Source: the human T2T-CHM13v2.0 reference genome, Homo sapiens. Taken from it: DNA of 64,000 nt. Below, piece after piece: positions 30,185 through 45,687 of the stretch (the first letter of the stretch is position 1; every line of letters begins with the position of its first letter). Both the position numbers and the translations under genes were made by a program. Location: NCBI RefSeq assembly GCF_009914755.1, contig NC_060947.1; one strand, written 5' to 3'. The notes under the pieces were generated by a model that was given only the letters and a program-made list of their open reading frames with translations, was not told where the DNA came from and did not search any database.

Positions 30185-31204
30185 TTACAATGTGGCATGT
30201 TTTTGCAGTGGCTGGTACTCTTGTTCCTTTCCATGTTTAGTGCTTCCTTCAGGAGCTCTTGTAAGGCAGGCCTGGTGGTGATAAAATCTCTTAGCATTTG
30301 CTTGTCTGTAACGGATTTTATTTCTCCTTTGCTTATGAAGCTTAGTTTGGCTGGATATGAAATTCTGGGTTGAAAATTCTTTTCTTTAAGAATGTTGAAC
30401 ATTGGCCCTCAGTCTCTTCTGGCTTGTAGGGTTTCTGCCGAGAGATCAGCTATTAGTCTGATGGGCTTCCCTTTGTGGGTAACCTGACCTTTCTCTCTGG
30501 CTGCCCTTAACATTTTTTTTTCCTTCATTTCAACCTTGGTGAATGTGACAAGTGTCTTGGGGTTGCTCTTCTCGAGGAGTATCTTTGTGGTGTTCTCTGT
30601 ATTTCCTGAATTTGAATGTTGGCCTGCCTTGCTAGGTTGGGGAAGTTCTCCTGGATAATATCCTGAAGAGTGTTTTCTAACTTGGTTCCATTCTCCCAGT
30701 CACTTTCACGTACACCAATCAAATGTAGATTTGGTCTTTTCACATAGTTCCATGTTTCTTGGAGGCTTTGTTCATTTCTTTTCACTCTTTTTTCTCTAAT
30801 CTTGTCTTCTCACTTTATTTCATTAATTTGATCTTCAGTCACTGATATCCTTTCTTCCACTTGATTGAATCAGCTGTTGAACTTTGTGTATGCTTCACGA
30901 AGTTCTCATACTGTGGTTTTCAGCTCCATCAGGTCATTTAAGGTCTTCTCTACGCTGTTCTAGTTAGCCATTCATTTAACCTTTTTTCAAGGTTGTTAGC
31001 TTCCTTGTGATGGGTTAGAACATGCTCCTTTAGCTCAGAGAAGTTTTTTATTACCGACTTTCTGAAGCCTACTTCTGTCAACTTGTCAAAGTCATTCTCT
31101 GTCCAGTTTTTTTCCTTTGCTGGCAAGGAGTTGTGTTCCTTTGGAGGAGAAGAGGCATTCTGGTTTTTGGAATTTTCAGCCATTCTGCTCTGGTTTCTCT
31201 CCAT
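30185..31204 (-). pseudogene. Disrupted L1 ORF1
   Basis: Fragments 'MERNQSRMAENSKNQNASSPPKE', 'QENFPNLARQANIQIQEIQRTP', 'NFQPRISYPAKLSF'. Confidence 0.93.
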
Positions 31205-32247
31205 CTTTGTGGTTTTATCTACCTTTGGTCTTTGATGTTGGTGACCTACAATTGGGGTTTTGGTGTGGATGTCCTTTTTGTTGATGTTGATGCTATTCCT
31301 TTCTGTTTGTTAGTTTTCCTTCTAGCAGACAGGCCCCTCAGCTGCAGGTCTGTTGGAGTTTGCTGGAGGTCCACTCCAGTCCCTGTTTGCCTAGGTATCA
31401 CCAGTGAAGGCTGCAGAACAGCAAATGTTGCTGCCCAATACTTCCTCTGGAAACTTCATCCCAAAGGGGCATCTGCCTGTATGAGGTGTCTGTCGGCACC
31501 TACTGGGGGGTGTCTCCCAGTCAGGCTACACGGGGTCAGGGACCCACTTGAGGAGGTAGTCTATTCGTTATCAAAGCTCGTATGCCATGCTGGGAGAACC
31601 ACTGCTCTCTTCAGAGCTGTCAGGCCGGGATGTTTAAATCTGGAGAAGCTGTCTGCTGCTTTTTGTTCAGATATTCCCTGCCCCTAGAGGTGGAATCTAG
31701 AGAGGCAGTAGGCCTTGCTGAGCTGTGGTGGGCTCCACCCATCTCGGGCTACCCTGCAGCTTTGTTTACACTGTGAGCATAGAACCGCCTACTCAAGCCT
31801 CAGCAATGGTGGATGCCCCTCTCCCTGCCAAGCTCCTGTGTCCCAGGTCGATCTCAGACTGCTGCACTAGCAGTGAGCAAGGCTCTGTGGGTGTGGGACC
31901 CGCCGAGACAAGCACAGGAGGGGATCTCCTGTTCTGCCAGTTGTGAAGACCATGCGAAAAGTGCAGTAGTTGGGCAGGAGTGTACCACTCCTCCAGGTAC
32001 AGTTACTCACAGCTTCCCTTGACTATGAGAGGGAAATCCCCTGACCCCTTGTGCTTCCCGGTGAGGCAATGCCCTGCCCTGCTTCGGCTCACCCTCCGTG
32101 GGCTGCACACACTGTCCAACCAGTCCCAATGAGATGAACCACGTACCTCAGTTGGAAATGCAGAAATCACCCGTCTTCTGCATCTATCTCACTGGGAGCT
32201 GTAGACCAGAGCTGTTCCTAATCTGCCACCTTGGAGGCTACTGTACC

Positions 32248-33718
<1,471 letters not shown>

Positions 33719-35502
33719 TAATGAAGCTATTGGCACATAATTGTATTATTCTCTTGCATGTTTCTTAATGCCTTGGGCAAAGCATAATTTGAAAATGCTT
33801 ATCTTCTTTCTATCAGCTATTGTATCAAAAAATATCTGGATTTAGAGAGACTGATATTCTGTCCTAGGTGTGAGAAAAATTGGGTCTCAGTTTCTCAAGT
33901 GTCCTCTACTTTCAGAAATCCTTGCTCTAAACAAGGATTGAACAAGTTAGAATTGGCAGTTACCTGGATAGCATGCATTGAAGAAAACCAAAAGCTTTTT
34001 TGCCCCAAATTCTTTATCTTGTCTTGATCACAATAAGTAGGAATACTACCACTTCTTTAGGTTAATACTTTGGAGACCCCAGGTAAAGTACAAATACGCT
34101 GTATGGGAGAGGTGTCACATTCTCCATTTTAACTTATTATAATTGTGTTTAGCCCTAACCAACCCATGAACACTTCTAGTTGGATGTATACCCATAGGTT
34201 TCAGATAAAAATGGGCTTACGTACTTGTTCTTGAGAAATTTATCAATGCTTATTGTTTTATTCCAGACTTTATATTCTAGATTTTATTCTATGCTAGACA
34301 ACCTACACCTAATTGCTCCTTCATATTGGCTTTCCTTTTGATTTATGGTGTTTCATCCTGGATTGTAACCTTTGATTAAGTAAGGCAGAATCCCCAACTA
34401 AGGGCAGATTTGAGGATGCATTGATATCTACTGACCACAAATGAGCAGGTAAGCAATTAATTAGCAAGTAATAATGGCACAATCAGCATGCCTTCCAACA
34501 GCTTGGAAATTTAGTTGTTCCTTACTCTTGAACAACTAAATCTGTTGTCTAAGATACAACTCCCTGGATTCTTGGCATCCATCTACCTCCCTGTTGTAAA
34601 TCTAGAGGATGATTAGGACTACTTAACAGTAAACCTAATAAAACTAATAAGTTCATTTTTCCTAATTCTATAAATTGGCCTCTGGAGACACCACTACATA
34701 GGGTATTTAGCTTAGAGGTAGCAGTCTGAAATTTAACTCAACATGTTTAACTCTTCATGCATTGTCTCCATTGGCTCTAAGATTGAGCATAATAAATATT
34801 GATCCCTTTACCTCACAGGGATTTTTTTGTGGTGTAATGAGCTGCTTGTGTAAAGCTCCTTAGAGAATGCTACTGCTAAGATACAGCACTTCTAAATGCA
34901 TGGAAAAAGAAATCAATAATGGCCTTATCAAATAAGATTAGTACAGAGTCACACATATCACCTTTTAGTATCCTGAGGAAAATCACACTTTTTTCCTGTT
35001 TACATCAAGGGAGCATTAAATACTTGATTCCCCTCTTCCCATTAGTCCCAGTAAGATAGCTGCAAGGAAATTACAACGTAGAAATGCCTGGATAGACTAA
35101 AGCCATGGACTGATTACACTCTGCTGTGCATGCTAATGCCTCATCCAGGATGGTTCCACATGGGGAAATGAAAGGGTTGCATTTATTCCATCCACACCCC
35201 TCAATAGCTCTGGTTGATGCTGACCTGTGCTGCCCAGCTTCAGTTGTCAGTTCCTAGAAGGAAAGAAGGCTGCCTGTTAGCTTATTTGATATCTGAGTCA
35301 AATTGACTTCCTAAGTTATATGTGCTATATTTTGATGTTCCCTTTGAAACATTTCAGAAAGTCTTCATGTTTGTTTCTATTTCACAATATTTAAAAGCTC
35401 ACATATCTAATATATTAGCTTTGGTGTATATTTTAGAACAAAAAAAAGATGTTTGTGTTCAGAAGGGGTTAGCAAATAAATGCCTTTGTAACATATCCCA
35501 GG

Positions 35503-35665
35503 TCAATGTTTCCCTAACTTGAAAGTGCACACAAATCCCACAGGGATCGTGTTAAAATGCAGCCTGAGTAGTACTATGTGGGACCTGAGTAGTACTATGA
35601 GGTTCTGCATTTCTACACCACTCCCAAAGTAACGTCCACAGACCTCAACATGAGGAGGAAGGCTG
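35503..35665. mobile_element. MER5-like MITE
   Basis: 'caatgtttccctaacttg...gggatcgtgttaaaatgcag...gaggttctgcatttcta'. Confidence 0.65.
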
Positions 35666-36529
35666 TATTGTCATACCAAAATGCTAACTATTCTTTAAAT
35701 GTCTTGGAATATTTTAAAAGGGAGAGAAAATAAGTAGGAAAAAGAAAGTAACAATACAATAAAGGGAATATGTGAAGGTCTGGATTTGCAGACAACATCT
35801 AAGTGGTGGTAAACAACAAATACTTTATTACCACCAGGAAAAACATTCCAAGTTAAAGGTAAGGTGATGTTATAGGCCTGCATGTCCGAACATTTAAACT
35901 TTGTACAAGAGAATAAAACTAGTGGGAATAGCTGTAAAAGTTCTAAACATAGCTTCCATTCCAGTTCCCAGATGAGTAGTGATTTTTTCACTCTCTCATT
36001 GTTCCCCAGGTAATGAGGAAAAAAACCTCCTGAAGTGTGATATAAATGGCCTTCAAGAGGCATTAGTGTGTAAGGACTGAAAAAAAAAAAATCCTTTACT
36101 TCAAGTTTATTGCAGAGAGGAGCATTTCATATTAGCCAAAATGGGAATAGCAAAGGGTGAGGCAGAATTTTGCTTCTTAAGTGGGTCAATAGATGGACTA
36201 TTCAGGTCTGTTCATAGTCATCCAAATGTTCTAAGGCGTGAGGGTGCATCAATGTTAGGTTGACTTGAATATTAGAATGAGGTATCAAGAGAAATCTTCC
36301 CTGATCTGTTTCCTTGAGGTGAGGAAAGGACTACTGGATGAATGTAAAAGGAAAAATTGGCATCTCTTCATCTTTGAGTAAAAAATGTTGAATACTTGGG
36401 CATAATAAAAATGATCACCAGGCAGGGAGTTAGAATATTTGCATTTCAATGCCAAAGCTGCTATTATCTAGCTGTTGGATCTTGAGCAACAGCTCTGAGT
36501 AAGTTTCATTCTTTAGAGGACTGCTCTAG

Positions 36530-36780
36530 ATTAACATTTTCCAGTGTGATGGGATGTTAAGAGTTTTGTGGAAAAATGTTGCCCATGGTTAAATGAGGTA
36601 GGCAGATAGTGGGTTAAATAGACTTCAACAGGTTTTATTAGTGGCAAGCTTCTTAGATCCTTTGGATGGAGCCTCTGAATGTGGATAGCAGGGCTTCCCA
36701 AACTTATTTGATGTGGAACGCTTGTTTACAAGGACTACCTCGTAAGATTAATGTTCTATGGAACTTATACTGGGAAATGT
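36530..36780. mobile_element. MER112-like hAT MITE
   Basis: 'gggttaaatagacttcaacaggtttt...ttcttagatccttt', 'ttcccaaacttatttga', 'gttctatggaacttatactgggaaatg'. Confidence 0.65.
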
Positions 36781-36861
36781 AGACGATTTTGAAAGTTACT
36801 TCCAGTTTTAGCATAATGTTATCATACTACCAAAGTTAAATCAGGAATATATAGAAACCTA

Positions 36862-38094
<1,233 letters not shown>

Positions 38095-39754
38095 AAAGCT
38101 AATATTATTTTTAGTTTGTTGCTTTTTTAACTCAATGAAATCAGCTTTAAAAAGCAACGTTTTGATGTAATTTCAAAGTCAATGCACCTTATGTAGAATT
38201 TGATTTGAAGAACACAGATAAGCACAAAAATTTGCAATGATTAAGAGAGTCACAACTTTTAATATTTTAATAGAGATTTTTCCAAAAATTGAAGTATTTT
38301 CTGAATTAACTTTTTCATTTTCATCCTTAAGTCAAATTTTTATCTTCCATTTAGCAGGTTTCATGTTCTACTTTGTATATGGCAATGTCACTTTCACATT
38401 TGGCCCGTTTTCTTACGAGAACTTTCAAATACAAAAGTTTTCTAATACAAGGTGGAATATTGATAAAACATCATCAAAATGAAATAGTAATAGATGCAAG
38501 ATAGAAAAATTAGCTTCATAGTAATGGTCAGATACATAATTCTTAGTACAATATTCTAAGGCTGAATATTTATTATACCTGAATATTCCCTGACAGTGAC
38601 ATCCAATTTATTTGTATATTTATTCCTTACCTTGATCCAAGCATAATTTATGATGATTATGTATCTTTAATTTGACTCTAGGAATTAAAACTCATTGGCT
38701 TTCAGATATTGAAAACCAATAGCATCTTAATATCTCTAAGGAGAGAGAGGAAAACCTTCATTTTATAGATTCATCACAATAGCAGAATTAATTCTAATAT
38801 CTGAATAATAGTCTTTATGTTGGGTGCTTTTATTGAAAAGGCTAGAACAAATTCTAGGAGATTTTGTTTATAACCCTGCCTAGAAACATGAGGGATACAC
38901 AAAATAACCTCTGGCATTGCTTTTCAAATTGTTATGAACTCTTCCATTAGAAAAACAAGTTATTCAAGGAAAAAATAATGTTTCTTTTTTCTTTTAAAAT
39001 GAGTTGTTTCCCCTTCAAATGGTGCAGTCATTATTTTCTGAGAAGCCTACCTTATAAAGTGTTATCACTGATATTTAAAGGACAAATCACAGGTTTTTGA
39101 CTGCAGAGGCGTTTTATTGACTTTCTATGATTAAGGGATAAAGAGAAGATTGTGCAATTCCAGTCTTCCTTTGCCAGCTGCTGGTATTTTGATTGTAAAT
39201 ATCAAATTATATTTCCCTTTAGTGTTCTTCAAAAGAAAGCCCCAGCAAATATAAGAATTAGTGGTAGTAATAGTTCAGATGGTTTGCCATCAGCTGAGAC
39301 CCCCCCAAATGGCTTAAGGACAAATGATCAGGCTCTCATCCTAAGAACTTTTATTTTTAATAATTGATGCCAAGTATGTGTTGCTGCCACTATTCCCCAC
39401 TTAATTACTTTTTTTGATTAAACACATTAATGAGAAGAGACCTAATAAATCATGTGCAAAACAGTAAAGCAGTTAATTAACATGTGTTTCCCTGATTGAT
39501 GGTGATAGAAAACCATAACAGTGCTGAGTAGGCTCACAAGGGCACCTTCAACTGATATCTTAAACAAACATAAGACTGAGAGCACAACAGAGGAGCTCCA
39601 TTCTCATTTAAGAACTAGCTGTGACAACTACAGGTCATGAAGTGATTATAGTCCTCTTTTTTTCTCTTTGACTCAAGGGATCTATGCTCCCAGTTTACGG
39701 GATGTAAACAGTATATGGGAAACATAAACCAGCAAATGCTGTGGTAGGCTATTA

Positions 39755-39950
39755 CTACTAATAGCCAGTACTTATTGAGCAGGTACTCTGCTATGTGTTT
39801 TAAAAGATTGTCTTATTTAACTCTTCACCAATGCATGTAGCTAGTGATCATTACTATTATCATTTTAGAGAGGAAAAACTGATACATATAGATGGTCCAA
39901 TTTGCACAGCGAATAAGTGGGATAGCCCAATTTTGTCCCATAGTCTAATT
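39755..39950 (-). mobile_element. MIR
   Basis: 'aatagccagtacttattgagc...tcttatttaactcttcac...attatcattttagagaggaaaaactga'. Confidence 0.7.
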
Positions 39951-40588
39951 TGATTCACTGGAAGATGGTTTTTCACATATTTTCAGCTAATTTGAAATTC
40001 TGTGTGAGAATCATTAACCACTATAGAAATCCCCAGAATCGGACAACCTGAGAACCAACAAGGGTTGAGGTAACTGGGTTTTATACATTATACCAAGAAA
40101 GAGTAGATTTCACAGTGTGATTAAAACAGAGCTACATCTTAATTTTGGTTGTGTGAGAATGGTGGACTGGGAGTGGAGGTTGGGGTTCTTTTTTGCTTCT
40201 TTACCTCATGTTCCAATTTTTTTGTGATGTGGTTTTGCTGCTTTTAAAGTGAGAAGCAATAGAAGCCAACGAATACATCCCTCCTCAATCTACCCCACTT
40301 AAGTGTGGACAGGTCCTGCCTCACCTAACGTAAATTTTTTCCCAGAATAGGTGACCAGATCAACTTCACTGTTCAAATAGGTTGCCTAGGCTTTTAAATC
40401 AGTTGTGGCCTCTGTAATCAAGTTTGCTGATGGCTGAACACTGTCTCTCCTGAGCTATGGATACCTGGCTGGCCAGTGTAGCTGACAGACATGCACAAAG
40501 ACTTTCATCATTCCCTGCTTCCAGATTCTTTTCAAGAGCACTGGGGATAGCAGTATGGAGAAACCTTTGACAATCTCATATGGCATCT

Positions 40589-40914
40589 CTTTTTTTTTCC
40601 AACTTTTAAGTTCAAAGGTACATATGCAGCATGTGTAGGTTTGTTACATAGGTAAATGTGTGCCATGGTGGTTGGCTGCACATATCATCCCATTGTCTAG
40701 GTATTAAGCCCAGGATCCCTTAGCTATTCTTCCTGATGCTCTCACTCCTCCCACCTCCTTCCTGAACCTCTTTTAGGCCCCAGTGTGTGTTGTTCCCCAA
40801 CCCCCATCGTGTTCATGTGTTCTCATCATTCAGCTCCCACTAATACGCGAGAACAGGAGGTATTTGGTTTTCTGTTCCTGTGTTAGTTTGCTGAGAATAA
40901 TGGCTTCCAGCTCC
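40589..40914 (-). mobile_element. Short L1PA (approx. PA8-PA11) 3' fragment
   Basis: T-tail, 'aacttttaagttcaaaggtacatatgcagcatgtgtaggtttgttacatagg', 'ggtattaagccc'; degenerate TSD TATGGCATCT/TGTCGCATCT. Confidence 0.9.
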
Positions 40915-41584
40915 TGTCGCATCTTTTTAATGAAGGGTTGCTAGGTATGTTTGGTCAAATAAGTAGGCATTGTTCTGAACTCACAGAGATTCAGATGAGG
41001 AAGGGAACTGATTCATTGTCTGTACCATCAAATCTCAAACGTTAGAACCTTCAGACCAGGGGCATTCTGTGTGTGTTAGGGAATGTTGGTGGGAATGCTA
41101 ATATAAGTATCTCAGCTCTGGTGAATACTCCTATACAAGAAGAGAGAGAGTAGAGTTCTGGCAGCTGAAGTGAAGTGAACTGGGGGATCCTAAGGGATGC
41201 TCATGACCCAGAGAAATTCCTTTGGACAGTGGAGCGAGGTAAGGAGCTTCAGATGTGTCTTAGAATCAGACAAAAAATGTTCTAAGACATGAAAGGACCC
41301 ATGAAGAAATAAGAAAGGAGACTGTAAGAAAATTAGAGAGGAGATTGGGGGGAAAGTTGCGTGTACTAGTTTGACTCTTGTTTATTAACAATTGGAAGAC
41401 TTTTTTTCCTTCCCCATGGGAACACATGTTTGACCTCATTATAAAATCAAGAGAAAGAAAAAATTCATATTACATATGTAGTGCAAAGTACTTGTGTGTA
41501 AAGGACATTCAGGATGTGGTTTAAAAAGAAAACCAAGTCACCCTCTAACAAATTGAGGTGCCTATAAATTTAGATTCCATTAGT

Positions 41585-41760
41585 GTAGTGGTTCTTAGGT
41601 TTTGGGAGAAGGTGGTGAGGACAAAGATCCTTTTAGGAATCTGATGAAAACAATCAAACCTTCTCCACAGATAAAAGTACATATATTCATGCACATGAAC
41701 TATTGCACTTAATTCTGGTGGTTTTGCATGCTATTTATGGCCTGTCCATGAATCCTGATA
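41585..41760. mobile_element. MER103-like hAT MITE
   Basis: 'gatccttttaggaatctgatgaaaacaatcaaaccttctccacagataaaagtacata'. Confidence 0.65.
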
Positions 41761-42467
41761 GAGGACATCAGCATTGCTGATTGCTCACTGTGTTACTCCA
41801 GGTTTCCTCCTTTCCCCTATAAGTGTGTAAAATGCTGCCATTCTGCTCTGGGCATCCATGTGTCTTTTCATCTTCTATGCACCCATCTCATCTTTCATTC
41901 AATATTTGTTGGCTCCCACTTTAGAATAATAAACAAGCCTGCTCAGGCTTCATTTCTGTACACAGTGGACTATGAAGGGATATGATCTTCCTTTTTCTGT
42001 GATCAATTGCAGGTATTTGTTTATATGAAAGGAAACTGTTTCAGATTTTAAAAGGAAAAATAAAATCTTTCCAAATTGAAGAAAATAGAGATTTTCCCCT
42101 TCACATTGGATGGTATGGTGAGAAGTGGAAAGTGGGGGGAAATTGACGTGAACTTATCTGGTTGTTTCCTGCTGTTCTATTACATAAGAACACATTTTCA
42201 GCGTCGTTTTTTACAGGGATCCAGATTGATAATGAGATTGAAGCAATACAGTAGGATATTCTAGTCTTAACATGCTTTGCTTAATAAAAATAGCCCATAA
42301 TAATCCTTAGGCCTAAGTGGCTGTGTGTGTACAACTACCTTGATTACAACAGCCAATCTGGAATTTTTGTCATGATGTACAATCCGTTATATATTGACTA
42401 GGTCTGATCTTATCATTAGACCATCAAATTTCCCAACTCACCGGGCTCTTCACAGATTATTTCAATC

Positions 42468-42712
42468 TCTCATGTATGGTCAGATAATCAAAATCCAACC
42501 ACTCTACCCAGCAGAGATTTATTGTTAGTTACCCTGCAGCTGCTACAGTTTAGTATGGCTTGGAATACTTTACGCCTCCAGCTGCTTTGTGTAATGGTGC
42601 AGCTTGTGTCCTTTTGGGCTTAGGGGGTTTGAGTAGGGGCTGAACTCTAACCAGAACTCACTGACTGTATCTTATCACTAGCTACTCAAACACCTCAAAA
42701 TGTAGTGTCTTC
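42468..42712 (+). repeat. Local duplication, copy A (of 45688-45934)
   Basis: Colinear alignment by eye, about 85% identity. Confidence 0.95.
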
Positions 42713-43207
42713 AAGAAATGACCATTGCTTTTTCTCATGATTTTTATAGATTGGAAATCTGGGTTGGGCTCAGATGGGTGATTCTTCTGGGCTTGGTGGG
42801 CTTAGCTGACCTTGGCTGGCTTACTTTAATATCTACAGTCAGCTGGTGGGTGGGCTGAAGCTGGCTGGTTTAGGATGGCTTCAGCTGGGATGGCTGGGAT
42901 GGCTGGGATGGCTGGGATGGCTGGGATGGCTGGGATGGCTGGGATGGCTGGGATGACTGGGGCCTCTCCCCTTATAGTTTCTCATCATCCATCTGGCTAA
43001 CTTGCACAGTAACAAGGGTTATTGAGAGAAACAAGAGGGAAAGCCCCAATGTATAAGTATTTTTCAAGTTTCTGCTTACATTATGTTTGTGAAGGTCCTA
43101 CTGGCCAAATCAAATCTGAAGGACAGTCCAGAATTAGTGTGGGAAGGCAGTACCAAAGACTATGAATAGGAAACAAATATTTGTAGCCCTTGTTGCAATC
43201 TACCACA
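42666..43207 (-). mobile_element. MaLR solo LTR (MLT1 family) containing a 9-bp tandem repeat
   Basis: 'tctcatgatttttatagattggaaatctgggttgggctcagatgggtgattcttctg', 'ctactggccaaatcaaatc', end 'gcaatctaccaca'. Confidence 0.85.
42884..42955 (+). repeat. (GCTGGGATG)8 perfect tandem repeat
   Basis: Eight exact 9-bp units counted. Confidence 0.97.
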
Positions 43208-43664
43208 CAAAATCATGGCACTGGTCTGAAGCTGCATCAGTGTGGAGGAGTGGACACCTTTTTCTAGATGGCTCACCCATTATGTGTGTATTTTCATAAT
43301 TCATTAGCCCAAAGTGGATACCTCTTTCTACCACTCACAGAGGCAACATATGTGCCAGCAGAGACTGATTGCACCAATATATGTTTTCTTTTACTAAATA
43401 CATTGTAAGCAGCAGATAAAATCCCCAAGGATATTTTATCCTTTGTCCTTTTTGCAGACTTGCTAAAGCAAGCAGGCGCAACAATAAAGACTGCTTCTTT
43501 ACATTTTTAATGTTCCTTGAGGAAAGATGCATGTCTAATTCAACATTATAAACTCCACAACCTTTAGCATAGCATAGAATTTGGGCTCAAAAATATTTAA
43601 TCTAACTTGTTAAATTTTTGTTATTAACATCAGTTACTGGCTTGACCCTAGAAACATATAGATC

Positions 43665-43831
43665 TACAAACCACCTGAATCAGGATCACCTGGAGTGTTG
43701 TTAAAATGCAGATTGTGAAAATGAGGTCCCACCTCAGGTCTAGTGTACCAAAATCTCTGCTTGGGGCCTAGAAATTTATCTTTCACATACCCATGTTCTT
43801 CTTATTTACATTAAAGTTTAAGAACCACTGC
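43665..43831. mobile_element. MER5-like MITE
   Basis: 'atcaggatcacctggagtgttgttaaaatgcagatt...aaagtttaagaaccactg'. Confidence 0.8.
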
Positions 43832-44207
43832 CTTAAAGAAGTGGCTTTTGCAACTTTCCTACCTCTATCCAAGGTAATAAATAATTTTTACATTTCAATC
43901 ACGCACACAGACACACACACACACACATATATGTAAAGACAGATGACTTAAAAATGATTTTGAGGAGAAAATACCCTAAGTATAATAGATATTTTCTAAT
44001 TAATTTTTTAAATGCTGATAAGTGGTTCAGGTATATTTCATAATCCAATGTGTCATAACCTGGATTTTGAAAAACACAGCTTTGGGGAATATGCTTATAG
44101 TACATTTATTTAAACATTTTTGTTTCTTCTATGGATACATGGCTAATATATATAATGCCTTTCCCCTAATGCGTAATAAATGCCTCTTAATATCCAGTCC
44201 CCTGTAC

Positions 44208-44373
44208 CAGTGGCTTTCAGAATCACCTGGCACACTTGTTAAAGCACAAGTTTCTGAGACCCGCCCCTAGAGTTTCTGATTCAGTTACACTGGGATAAGG
44301 CCAAAAATTTGCATTTCCAACAAGTTCCTGGACTGATGCTGCTTCTCCAAGGACCACGCTTACAGTCCCACTG
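44208..44373. mobile_element. MER5A-like MITE
   Basis: CAGTGG...CCACTG termini, 'ccctagagtttctgattcag', 'tttgcatttccaacaagttcc'; degenerate 8-bp TSD CCCTGTAC/CTCTGTAT. Confidence 0.85.
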
Positions 44374-45019
44374 CTCTGTATATTTCAGTCTCCTTTATTT
44401 GATCCACAAACCTAAGGAAATTCTCAAGTTTCCAGACTGATTTTTATTGCTGATTTCTAACCATATTTACTCCATTTCCTGATTGTTTTATTACTGCCTT
44501 TCAGCTACATTTGCTTCAGCTGGCTTTCTACTCACTCAGACTTAGCTTGCATTGTGTAATGAACATATTGGATTCAGCTGGTGTTTCCCTAAAGCCTGCC
44601 AAGTGTACTCCAACCATTGTCTTACTGGCATGTTTCCTGACTATGCTAAAGCTGCTCTTTTGGTTCCTCCGTTTCTTCAGAATGTGGTAAGGTAGCTCAA
44701 GTCCCAGCCTAGCGGTGCTGTTTGTTCTGTAAAGTTAGATTATTGTCGTCTCAGACAGCAGATCAGTCCCTCACAGATGTCATTCTGATACTATTAATCA
44801 TTTCTTCCTCCAAAGGTCTGCTAGGTCTCAACCTGACTCTACTGGCCTGGGGAAAAGAAATGTGTATTGTGCCTTATGCTATTTGGAAATTTACTACAAG
44901 CAGAGAGTAGAACATTCTTGGAAATTTTATGTGTAGTGAGAATTGGACAACGTAGCAAGTTGTTATATTGGCTTCTTTCCTCCCAATGCATAAATGTGGC
45001 TTTTGTTCTAGCCATTCTA

Positions 45020-45099
45020 TTAGGTTCGTGCAAAAGAAATTGCTGTTTTTGCCATTGAAAGTAACGGGAAAAACTGCAATTGCTTTTACAAGAACCTCA
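45020..45099. mobile_element. MADE1 (80-bp Hsmar1/mariner MITE)
   Basis: TTAGGTTCGTGCAAAAGAAATTGC...GCAATTGCTTTTACAAGAACCTCA imperfect inverted repeat, exactly 80 bp, TA on both sides. Confidence 0.93.
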
Positions 45100-45687
45100 T
45101 AGTTTGTCTTGGCTGTGAAGAAAGAGGAAGGAAGACACTGAGTTATGTCTAGACCTCCCTGAAAATTCTCTATTACTCTAGTTTAGAACAAACCAGCTTT
45201 AACTGTTTTAATGCAAGGGATAGGGGACTCATCCCTATACTGAGGACCCTGCATTCTGGAGGAATGGTAGGCAATCATCCTCTCTTGGTCATGGTAAGCT
45301 GATTAACGCCTTGAGTGCTTCCCAGGGAAAGATAATTTGAAAATCTTATATAATCATTTATTTTCTCTTTCTCTCCCACACTTGTGGCCAGAAGATTCCT
45401 AGGGCCAGAATGGTACTGCAGTGGTCATAGCAGTTGATACTAATAACTTCCTTTAAAATTTCCCAAGGTTCTTTATTAAAAAGAAAAAAGTTTATTTAAC
45501 CTTTCCACATAGTCATCTGGAAGCAAAATCATATGAGACATTTAGTTCAACAACATAAAATATATACATGTCCGATACTCACCAGAGAGCTTATTTTTGA
45601 ATTGAGATGTAGCTTTGGCCAAAATCATGGTCAAGAAGGATTATACTTGCAAGAGACAGTCTAGGTTATCCACCAATAATTCTAGGA

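Noticed and set aside
31133-31687. 184-aa plus-strand ORF
   Set aside because: It is an antisense reading of the L1 5'UTR and ORF1 start, with no independent coding evidence.
42216-42250. Possible micro-exon encoding IQIDNEIEAI after TTTTTACAG
   Set aside because: Poor donor (CA|GTAGGA) and no supporting neighbouring exons.
42884-42955. CRISPR-like or prokaryotic repeat array
   Set aside because: There are no spacers; it is a simple tandem repeat in primate DNA. No CRISPR, operon, tRNA or rRNA signal is seen anywhere in the window.
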